Source of the DNA: Enoplolaimus lenunculus
Taxonomy: Eukaryota
DNA length: 64,000 nt
Reading direction: 5' to 3'
NCBI GenBank assembly: GCA_030248215.1
Contig: JASANG010000245.1
Span: 186,001-250,000, forward strand
Shown here: positions 1 to 11,800 of the stretch, piece after piece
Position numbering within the stretch: position 1 is the first letter of the stretch
Layout: each line of letters begins with the position of its first letter
Notes under the pieces: model-generated
What the model saw: only the letters and a program-made list of their open reading frames with translations
What the model was told of the DNA's origin: nothing
The model's database searches: none
Position numbers and translations under genes: made by a program

Positions 1-420
1 GACCTTTGAACTAAGCAGTTGGAAAAACGGGCCTCCACAGCCGGGATCAATTAGCCTACGGATCCTTAAACGAATACTCTACCACTGCGCCGCGCAACCC
101 GCCTCTTCAACTGCGCTATACGTGTCGACCGTTTGCTGCCAGCTCCCGTGACCGTCCACCCTATTCTCGACTGAATACCGTGTTCATACCACGGCGGCCT
201 ACCATTATGTTCACGGAGTATCCTCCATGTCAGTTTAGGTAGGAACCGGGAATTCATCGAAACCTCAGCCTACGGATCCTTAAACAAATACTCTACCACT
301 GGGTTTGAACTAAGCAGTTGGAAGAGTGGACCTCCAGAGCGGGAATCGAAATCTCAGCCTACGGATCCTTAAGCGAATACTCTACCACTGCGCCGCGCAC
401 TTGCCTATCCAACTGCATTT
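1..420 (-). repeat. Three tandem/rearranged copies of a tRNA-derived SINE-like head
   Basis: Copies near 42-97, 248-301 and 341-400 share CCTACGGATCCTTAA..AATACTCTACCACTG. The minus strand reads GCGGCGCAGTGGTAGAG (A-box-like) ... TTTCGATTCCC (B-box-like). A related copy lies at 55297-55365 (+). Confidence 0.65.
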
Positions 421-864
421 TTCGTCGATTATATTTGTCCAATTATTCGTTGCCCCCAATTATATAAACGTATATTTGTCAGACCTTCGTTTCAAGCAAA
501 AACCAACCTACGGATCCTTAGAGCGATAATAAAAGGTTATACTTAGGAATGTACTTTCAAAATTTAAGTACGCTTTAAAGTTTCGAACTCAAATTATTTG
601 GTCGTGGAGTCATTTATGTGCTACAATTAGGGTTATTACCCCCCTCTTATTTGGGTCAATACAGTAGAAATAAAATTAATATTGTTTCACAGTTTACTGT
701 ATAGTTAGCTGATTTTTGACGCAATCGAACAAGATATTACTGGCAAATAAGAATTGTGGCAAAAAAAGGCTGTACAAGGTGGAAAAAGCTAGTGTAGTCT
801 GCAAAACAAATATATTTCCTTAAACATTTAACTGAAATTTTATTTTGAAATTATTAACGAAAAT

Positions 865-1863
865 ACACTAAAAAAATTGTCTTCAAATTATAAGAGTCAT
901 ACTTTCTTAAATTTTCAAGACACAAATGTCTGTATTTCACTCATTAAGAGCCTTAAACAGCTCACAAATTTGTTTCTTTAATGGTCAAATCATAAATTTG
1001 TTATATTCAAGACATTACTGTTGCCAATTTATAAGACATCAATTGCTTCTTTCAAGAAATAGTTGTCGTATTCAAGATTAATTTTGTGATTTTTATGTAT
1101 GTAAAATGTGCTCCGTTATTATATTCTTATAAGGGTATATAAGTAATCGAATTTCAAAGATATTTCGGTTAATCTCAGGGTCCCCCCAACTTAAGTTTAC
1201 GTATAGGAGGTATCTTAGGTTGTAAACTAGGGTATTGGGTTGAGCTTTAGCCCCCAATTTTGGAGTTGGCTTTCATGGCAACTCTTCGATTTATTTTTGA
1301 TATATTTGTCATATCTCAGAAATGTTCTTCTTAAGCGTTTATAAAACAACACCTTAAACTTAAGACATTTAAGCGTGAATAATTTTAGACCAATATTTCT
1401 GGAAAAATTTAAGAAATAAAACTCTTGAATTCAAGACATATACGTCTGCTGTCTGTAGTAAGACATAATAATTGTCTTAAATTTCAGACAATATTTCTTG
1501 AATACAAGACAATTTATTTTGTGTGTAGTAGACATTTAAGCGTGAAAAATTTTAGACCAATATTTCTGGAAAAATTTAAGAAATAAAACTCTTGAATTCA
1601 AGACATATACGTCTGCTGTCTGTAGTAAGACATAATAATTGTCTTAAATTTCATACAATATTTCTTGAATACAAGACAATTTATTTTGTGTGTAGTAGAC
1701 ATTTAAGCGTGAAAAATTTTAGACCAATATTTCTGGAAAAATTAAAGAAATAAAACTCTTGAATTCAAGACATATACGTCTGCTGTCTGTAGTAAGACAT
1801 AATAATTGTCTTAAATTTCAGACAATTATTCTTGAATACAAGACAATTTATTTTGTGTGTAGT
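865..1863. mobile_element. Foldback/MITE with its right end triplicated as a 167-bp tandem repeat (1363-1863)
   Basis: Near-identical units start at 1363, 1530 and 1697. The unit end AAGACAATTTATTTTGTGTGTA is the inverted counterpart of TACACTAAAAAAATTGTCTT at about 865. Confidence 0.75.
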
Positions 1864-2814
1864 GAAATAGAAAACTGGCAGGAATTCTTCTGTGACGTTA
1901 CAATTCTCGAGCAGCCGTGTCAATTAGAAGTAGCATCTCCTCCAGAGATTTAGACTAACGACGAAGATTGACGCTAAAATGTTTGTCAACCGAAAGTTGA
2001 ATCGTTTAGTACTTAATTTTTTGTATAACATTAAACACAACAGATTGCGGTCGTACATTTATAACAGACAGGGGAATTCGAAAACGAATACAATTTACGG
2101 TATAAAGTGGAAGAAAAATATACGCCTTTCGTTTTCATTAGGGAAAACTGCCAGCATCCGCGTGCTTCGGTTTCCTGCCGTAGTTGGAATTTTTGAAAAA
2201 TTGAAATCTTCGAGCGAAAATGGGAAGTTCGTGGTGAAATTTTGAAAACTGAATTTAAAACATTTTTTCCGAAAATGCTAATTTGTTCACTGGTAACTAA
2301 AACCGACTTAAAATGGTATTTCTGTTTGACATAACAGCTGGTAAATACGACATAATATGCAGGGTTGTGGTCTTCAGTATAAATATTTGGCCCATGTAAA
2401 GATCTGGCGCGGATCGTTTTTCTGCGGGATTGCGATAGAGCAAGGTTATGCTTTAGACTAATTTTTTGATTACGCTTAGGCTTATGTTTAGGTATAAGCA
2501 CATTCTATCGTTTACGCATAAACTTTACGACTATGTTTATACTGGCACATGTTACTTTAACGAGCGTCCAGGTTTCGGGTGGATCTATAAATGTTTAGGA
2601 TTAAATTCTATATTACATTTTTTGCTTAGATTTAGGCTTATGTTTAGGAATACGTTTTTGCAACGCTTAGACTTAGGTTTAGGCTTTGGAATACGCTTAA
2701 TCTACTGTTACGCCGCGTAAAGTAACATTGACCCTTATACCATTGTTACGGTCGTGTTCTGTACCTTTTGGCCAACGATTGAACCAGTTTTATAATACGC
2801 AAGGCCCAGGGCCA

Positions 2815-5800
2815 TCAGTCTTGAAAAAAGTTGACCAACGCGTCAAAATTGTAATTATCGAGGATTTGCAACAACTGAGGTACTCGTGGTTTGACATTTT
2901 GACCTTTGAATTTGAATTTGTCAATGAACAAATCAGTGATGATACGTGAAAATTGCAAACATAATTAGTTAAGGAAATACGTGAAGTTGTAATTATTAAT
3001 AAAACCAAGAGTGGATGATCACTCTTTATGACAAGAGTGTGCAACTGGGTACATTCTGTGTATTAAAGAATGTACCCGGCACGCGTTGCGTTTTTTGGGC
3101 ATTCCCCACTTTGGTTAGGGGGGTAAATGTATTAAGACAATAGCATTATAAACCGTTACCATTGTAAGTGTGATTAAACAACATAGTAGACCCCCTTAAA
3201 TGAGGGGAGGTAGGTGTACTGAAGCATACTTGGTTAATCTCTTGCTTAACCACCCCCTGATTGAGGGGGGTCGAACAAAAATGCAACGCGTGATAGTACA
3301 TTTAGTACCCTGCACAGCCCATGCAGTTGCACACTCTTCTGCAAGGTGGACATCATCCACTCTTGATAAAACCAAGAGTGGATTATAGAAAAGAGGGTGC
3401 AACTCTTCGGGTCTCGCATGGTACAAAATGTACCACCGGGTGTTGCGTTTTTGGCCAACCCTCATTGATTAAAAGGGGGCCGCTACCACATGAATACCCT
3501 TAAATTAAACTATAAGGGAGCATGTTTGACGTCGCATGCATAAAGTGCCATGGATCGCATTGGTTGTACCCCCTCTAAATAAAGGCGGGTCAAAAAGACA
3601 ACGCGAGCCAGGTGCATTCTTTCTACACAGAATGTGTCCAGTTGCATACTCTCTTGATAAAACAAAAAGTCGATAATAATAACCCTTTTTAAGAGTGTGC
3701 AACTGGGTACATTCTGTGTATAAAGGAATGTACACAGCGCACGTTACGTTTTTATTCTACACTCGCCTTATTTAGGGGGTCAAGCTTACCGATCCTCTCA
3801 ATTTCAAATGTTAGAATACTGGGCCAATAAAGCGTATCAGTAGATTAAGCGTATTCCTAAGCCTCAGCCTAGGCCTAAGCAAAAAGTGTAAAATGTAATC
3901 TAGAATCTAAACCTGCTCTTTTATAGACCCACCAGAAATCTGGATGCCCCTTAAAGTAACATGGGCCAAATACTGTAACGTTCCAAAGTTGCTCTCTTTT
4001 ACTTTTGAAAGACATACATATGCTGTGTTTTAAGCCGTGACTACACCCCACCCTGCAAATGAGGGGGTCGGCCAAAACGCAACGCCCGGTGGTACATTTT
4101 GTACTATGCGGAACCCCAAGAGTTGCGCACTCTTGTATAATGCATTTTGATAAAACTGAGTTTGCTGAAACAGCACAAACGTAGCTAAAGTGTTAAAGCA
4201 GTTTGGACACTAGCGGATAAAGAAGGGGTGTGCACCACGTCAGAAATTTTTTGCGGTAAAATGGTAAGGTCGATATGAATTTGTGTAAATAATTTGCCGA
4301 GGACTGCAATAAATATTTAAGCATAAGCTATGAATTTTATCAGTTCAACCAATGATGTTGAATTAATTCGACTTGCAAGGTTATTTATGCCTATGAATTA
4401 ATTCTTGGCGCATATTTCTAATGAATAAGTGACAGCTGAAAGTACTGAAGTTTTGAAAAAAATATGCAGATGAAATCTAGTGAGATGGGCCGATAGCCGT
4501 TTGCGAGCGCATTTAATACCTTCAAGGTTTCGTTATTAATCTGCCATATTTCACGCGAAATAAAGGCGGATTTACGTGCATAATGTTTAGTCCTCTCTGA
4601 ACTGGAAGGTCCTAAAATAAAGGACTCATTTTTCAGCACTAATCGTCATTAAAAGAAAAGGATATCGTATACTCGTTCCAAATGCGCCTGTTGTTTTTTG
4701 TGCTCATCGCGTAGTTTGTCGGCGTTGTTTAAAATATCGAGATATTCTTGCGACAAAAAGCTTGTGTCACTTTCATAAATTGTCAATTCCTGAAATGAAT
4801 TCGAATTTTAAACAAAATTGTGATCGTATGATTTGCTTGTGCTGGCATACTTAAAAGCTTCTAATGGTTCGTTTTAGCTGTGAAAATTTCACAATGTTCA
4901 CGGAAATTTTCCTAAATATATGTATAAATCCATCAAAGATTTGTCCAAACAGTCCAAGTACATATAAATGTGCTGTTTATTCTTGGTTAACCTGTGTGTC
5001 GTTTCGAATTGAAGACCAAACTACAAAATTACATACGCAATACACAGAGGAACCAGGGTTGATAGCTTCCTCTAAAACAACTATGGTCCCCTGTTAAAAA
5101 ATTTTCAACCTTGCTTGTAAGTCATCGAAAATCGTTGTATACCCGTCCTAAAATGTTTAACCCCCTAACAATGCGAGCTGGCTACAGGGCTTGGCATAAG
5201 TTGCCGTTCGGTTGAAAAATTATTCATGTGTTTTAAATGAGCTTGAAGTCTCAACTAAAATTCTGTTGAATATGTCGAGTGGCCAGAAGAGTATCCTGGT
5301 GGCTTCTGCTAAAACAGTTTTCGCCCCACGTATAAATACTGCTACACCCATGCTTGCAAATTTTGAGATTCCGTGCGCCCCTCCATCGCATGTAGCGCTG
5401 GACTACGGGTCCGGTTGTACAGGCACCGTACTCAGTCGCGGGGTTTCTGAAACCCTGCTTAAGTACGACTTCGTACTTAACTACGTACTAAGTAATTACT
5501 TTACCATTTTGTCATTTTTGAAAGCTTACTTAAATATATACTTAAGTCGCTGACTAAATTTGATATATTCTTACACTGACAGTTCGGGCATACTTAAATC
5601 GTGGTCAGACTGAAATTGTAGAATCATGGTGCCGTCTTAGTATAAAGCAAAACTATCACTTTCTTGTTGTGACATTGACTGACATTTGGAGTTTTATGTT
5701 TTCAATCGAAAATTGAAGTATTTACTCAAGTCGACGACTTAATTAATTATATAAGTGTAACTTTAGTAAATACTTAAGCAAGATTTCCGAAACCCAATCA

Positions 5801-8800
5801 TTATTGAATTTTAGTAAACGCAGTTTACATACTAAATCATATTTATAAGTGGGCCGGACCACATATTCCTGGACATTTTTCGTCTCGCCAATTTTCTTCT
5901 TTTAAACCACGAAAGCCAGTGTTGTAAAATTTTGAATAACATAATTATCAACCGCATTTGGAACAGACTTCGACCGGACCGGTATGGACAGCGGTATTCA
6001 GCGTAAGGAACCGCTTACAATTTTTTGTGGACGTCCTTCTCGTGTTGTGTCCACATCCCTAATGTTTATAAGGCAACATTCCTGTAACTTAAACAACCGT
6101 TAGGATAAAAGTATACTGACTATCAATGAACAGAGTTTGTGAGAAAATTTCTTTACCTTCAACGCTTCGATCAAATGAACCTTTTTCGCCAAATTCAACT
6201 GATACTCCAATGTTGGATGGATCAGATGCAGTGCGTGCAGTACACTTTCGTCTTTTACCTCTGAAAACAAAACATAAATACTTTATTACTTTTCACATTA
6301 ACTAAAGAGTGTGACATTTTTTAGAAGAGTCTGTTCCAGTAAGAAGACAGAAAAAATATTTGTTTGAACGCAGCGATCCTGAACAAGATCATTGTGTCGC
6401 TTCCGTTCAGACTTATTACAATTTCTTTTGCTTGATCGATATTTGGACCCGTGTATACAACAGGGCCGAAACGTTTTCCGGCGGGACTGTAATAGAGTAA
6501 AGCTTAAGCTTTAGACTAATTTTTTGCTTAGGTTTAGGCTTAGGCTTAAGCTTAGGCTTAGGAATATGCTTATACTACTGTTCCGGCCCTGTTCGATACA
6601 TTGGTCGATATTTGTATGCAAATTTTATCAAAACGGCTAATTCCGCACTGTCAATTTGGTTAAACTATTGCTTCAATCTATGCTTAAATTTCAACTTAAA
6701 CAATTCTAAAATCGAACCATTATGATAAACGTTGAATCTTTGTAGGTTATTAACCCTTTCTCACATGAATATTTTATATTTTCCCTGAGACATACTTTTA
6801 TGCTTGGATTCGAACTCCAGTGACTGGAGTGTTAACCGTATACCATCACCACTCAGCTATAGGAGTTTAACACTCGAGCACGAGGGGCTCTCACGTCTTG
6901 TAGTGATTTAGTACTATGTATACGTGTTGCAATTGTTCAACACCGTAGCGATATATTATTTAGCGTATATACACTGCGCTGAGTTGCATATAAGCAACTC
7001 AATGTGAGAAGGGTTTAATGTGGCCCATTCATAGCAATTTGAATTTTACCTAAAAACCCTTCGAAAAGGTTACGGTACCTGCTGCCAACTTGCGCACAGT
7101 TGACCAGTTTTATAACCAACCTGGTCGACACCCGAATCGAATGTTACCAGTAAAGAAAAAGCATACACAGTGTGTTGCAAGCGCAGACAAAATTTATACG
7201 CGTGTACGGTGTTTCAAAACAGAAAATTCACAAACACCAAACAGTGTAAAATGTAAAAAAACTCTCAAATTTAAGTCTCTTTACAAAGTACCACAACATA
7301 TGTCGACTTTAAGTTTTCGTTTGGTCGCTTCTTTTGACAAAACGTCTTTGAGAATGGCCATTGTTGATATGCTGTCCGAGACAAATATTGCAATACCTTT
7401 CCTTAAAATAATAATAGCTTATTGTTCATATTTGCGCCAATGCTCAAAAGGGTTAATAAATGCATTAAAATTTGGGTACATGTTACTTTAAGGAACGTCC
7501 AGGCTTGTTGTGGGTCTATAAAAGAGTACGGTTAGATTCTAGATTGTGTTTTTTCGCTTAGGCTTATGCTTTAGGCTTAGGCTTAGACTTAGGCTTAGGA
7601 ACATATTTTTGCAACACTTAGGCTTAGGCGAAGGCTTCGGAATACGCTTAATAATCTACTGTTACTCCCTTAAAAGTAATATTGGCCAAAATTTGCGTAT
7701 TCATATTTCTAATTATAGAACAATGCCGTCTGTTCGCTTTGAAACTATTGTGAAAAAACAATGCCGGAAATTGTTCCAAAATACGTATGTAAGGCGTTTC
7801 AGCTTTAATACATAGATTTTTTAGGATATATTTTCTCAATTTATTGTCGAACTGTACGTTCAGGCAATACTTGATGAAATTTAAATTGTTTTTGATTTTA
7901 CATTTTCTTACGATTTACGCCGTTCTTACAAACAATAATTTGTGAAAATTGTATTTTTCGGAAACACAACCTAATCAAATTGTCTAAAATTGTACTTAAA
8001 AAGGCCCATGTAAAGATCAAGGCGGAACGTTTTTCTGTTATGCATTAGACTAATTTTTTGCTTGGTTTCGGTTTAAGCTTAGGCTTAGGCGTAGGAATAA
8101 ACTCATTCTTACGCTTAGGCTTAGTCTTACATTTAGAAATAAGGTTATAACACTGTTCCGCCCCTGTTCTTTACATTGGCTGGAAATACTAATAAACAAT
8201 TTTCAAATTAAAAACACAAAATATTGATTAATTTACATATATGTGCATTCAAGTTGAGTATTTGTGAACGTCGACATAAAATAATACGATGTACGTTCTT
8301 CGGCTGGCGGTTTATCCGGCAACTCGGGTAAACAAAACTCAACCCACGCATGAGCTTCAGCCATTGAGAACGATCCAGTAAGCTTCAGAGTATTTCTTGG
8401 TCTGGCAAAGATATCAATTAAAGAGAAAATACAGGCCAATGTTACATTTAAGGGCGTAACAGTAGAAGAAGCGTATTCCTAAGCCTAAGCCTAAACGTTG
8501 CAAAACTGTGTTCCTAAGCGTAAGCCTAAGCCTAAGCCTAAGCGTTGTAAAAGTGTGTTCTTAAGCCAAAACCTAAGCCTAAACGTTGGAAAAGTGTGTT
8601 CCTAAGCCAAAGTCTAAGCCCAAGCCTAAGCGTTGGAAAAGTGTGTTCCTAAGCCAAAGTCTAAGCCTAAGCCTAAACGTTGCAAAAGTGTGTTCCTAAG
8701 CCAAAGTCTAAGCCTAAGCCTAAACGTTGCAAAAGTGTGTTCCTAAACCAAAGCCTAAGCCTAAAGCCTAAGCAAAAAATGTAATCTAGAATCTAAACCT

Positions 8801-11800
8801 ACTCTTTTACACAAAAACATAACCCTGGACGCCCCTAAAAGAAACATGGGCGAAAAGATGTCAACTATAGAAAAAATTCGTATTCGATAAAAGCTTGTGT
8901 TAAATACTGTACATCCTTTATAATTTAAGCGAATGACGTTGAAAAATATAACAAATTGTAAAATGTTTGCAGCTTTACTTTACTGCTCGCAATAAACACC
9001 AAATGCCATTTCTTTCGAAAGAATGCAGCCATAGAGCAGCAACCGTATTTATGCGTTGAAATACGAGGCGAAAAGTTGTTTTGTAAACTGGGTCCGTGTA
9101 TGGAACACGGCCGGAACAGTAGTATAAGCATATTCCTAAACCTAAGCGTAAAGATGAGCCTATTCCTAAGCCTAAGCCTAAGCCTAAGCGTAAAGTTGAG
9201 TCTATGCCTGAGCCAAAGCCTAAGACTACGGCTAAGCGTAAAGACGAGTGTATGCCCGAGCCTAAGCCTAAGCCGAAGCCTAAGCGTAAACATGAGTCTA
9301 TGCCTTAGCCTAAGCCTAAGCCTAAGCAAAAAATTTAAAAGCTTAAACTGACTCTATTACAGCGCCGCTGGAAAACGATCCAGCCGTCGCTCTGTACATC
9401 GGCCGTAAACTCCAAAATACGGCAAAAAGTATCTACGTTTTTGGCTTCGCTTTTAAAAAAATTGAGATGGTTGTAAAACGTTTTGTGTATCCTTCAAACT
9501 ATTTTTTACGTGAAAAAATTTTTGATTTCTGATCTGTCATATTTGCGAACCTTGACTGATCGAACGAATGCGTTCGTTGATGCAACGACAACGGCTTAAT
9601 ATCATAGTGACGCACTTGACACGATTTTGGATGAAGCCTCGGCGAAATGTACGCTTGGAGCGTTCCGTACTGGCCTTCAATTGAACGAACTTTGATTTCG
9701 AGTCGCGTTGTGTTCGCTTGACATCTGTATGTCGCGAGCAAACAGTTGCTTCCTGCCGACTGAAAAAAAAACACGGAAGTCAGTGGGACAGCTTGCGACC
9801 ATCTCCATTCGATCGATATGGAGCGGCCAGGAAAATATATGAAGGATGTAATTCGACGACGGGACGCTGAACCCCACGTTCGAGTTCCATCTTTGGTTCA
9901 AAGGGTAACCACCGTTTCGGGGTTTTTAACATATTTCCTTCGTGGTAAAATTTTTTCATTATGAGAATTAAAATTTATTATGCCTGTCGTCTACACCGCT
10001 GAATGCCAACATGGTCAATATTAGAACGGTCAATTCCTGAGAAGTTCCCATACGTTTCAGTGGGTATAACACAGTGTCAACAAAGGTTCGTCCGACGAAG
10101 CCATCAGGATTGATAAATTTGGCGTTTTTTTAACCAAAAACCCAAAAATACCAATACTACTTACGGATTGAAGTTGGTTGAAAATTTTAGTACAACATCC
10201 GTAATCCGTACTCATTAAACGGACTAAACGGAACAAAAAAGTATGAGGGTGATTTTGTAAATATTTTTATAACCAGAACCCAGCAATAAAAGTTTCTAGC
10301 TATGATTTCAAAATTAGCATATGTCATAGCTAAAACCATTATTCGTTAAGTGTACGAGAACAGAATAAAAACGAAAGGCGCCCTTGATACCTTCTAAATC
10401 TAGCAAAAAAGATAACAAACGAATAAGTTACATATACCGCCTGATCATCACATGGCGTTAAGCTGACAACGGCCGAGTTGCGATCCACATCCAATAGGTC
10501 AAGCGAGACGTCACACTGAAAAAATACTAATTTATACATACACAAATATATATACATATATATATATGAAAAGAAAAACATTTAAATTAGGAAAAATTAA
10601 AATGGTCAAAACAATTAAATTTGTCTTGACCATTTTAATTTTCTCTAATGTATATATACATTTAAAAGGATGTCATGGGGTAAGAATTTTCATCCCACCC
10701 CCTCCATACTTCCGGACGTGGTGAACATCATGTAGGTTATGGTGGAAATGTCCTGAGCAGGTGTCTGCAATCGATAAAGATGCATGCCCTAAAGCTTTAT
10801 GATTAATGATGCTTTGCAGTGGTAAACGTTTTGCGATGGTTCATATGGTTCAACTGAAACTCACAATGTGTTTGACGCAAATACAGTACAGGTTAAAAGT
10901 TTTGGCCAGTGTAAAGAACAGAGGCGGAACAGTATTATAAGCATATTCGTAAGCCTAAGCCTAAGCCTAACCAAGTAAAAAATTCAGTCTAAAGCTTAAG
11001 CTTACACTTTTCTAGTCCCACAAGAAAAACGTTGCGCCCCTGATGTTTACATGAGCCAAAATTTGTAAATATTAAAAAAATCAAATCATTCCTTGATGCG
11101 CTTTAAAAACTGTACTGTAAACTTCAGTGAGTTGATTTTAACTCAAAATGAGCCGAATCCACTCAGAAACGTGAGCTCAGAATTAGGTCTTTCAGAACTG
11201 AAAATTCTGAATTGATTGAACTCATTCTGAGTTAATTAATTAGTCAACTGACCGCGTAATTAAATCAGCTCACAGTGAGTTGATGTTTCCTGTTATTAAC
11301 TCAGAAACAATCAGAAATGACTAAATCGCTCGCTGAGTAGATTAATCAATTCATCCGAATTTACAGTGTGCAAACATTTGTTTTTTACCGACAAAGCCAG
11401 GGTCCACCATTGGTTTACCGCCGAACGGACTCAATAACGATTCAGTGTCAAATGTTATACAAACTGCAAGTCATATTTTTAGTGTCGTGAAATTATTTTA
11501 TCAACACTATAAATTTCAGTGAGTTGATTTTTTTCTGAGTTAATAAATCAACTCACCCAGAGGTAACTCAGCTCAGAGTGAGTTAATGTTTAGTGATATT
11601 GATTCAGAAATAACCAGCTAGCTAGCTGAATTGATTAACCAACTCATTGGAATTGACAGTGAACTTGCAATAAATCTAGGCCCACATTCCCAAACGCATA
11701 TAGAATCTATCATCAGTTAGCGATAGGTATTCAAAGTGACGAAAATCTGCAATTGCAGATATCAAAATTGGTTGCAAAAGTAGGTGGAATCAAACGCAAA

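Noticed and set aside
1269..1282. X-box-like GCTTTCATGGCAAC
   Set aside because: Lies inside a repeat downstream of BBS7, not near any start codon identified in the window.
7090..7491. 133-aa plus-strand ORF and other plus-strand ORFs overlapping BBS7 or TTC4 exons
   Set aside because: Antisense shadows of real minus-strand exons.
8925..9351. LRLRLR / LSLSLS ORFs (also 7546-7815, 42466-42801, 2466-2720)
   Set aside because: Translations of TTAGGC/GCCTAA repeats within MITEs.
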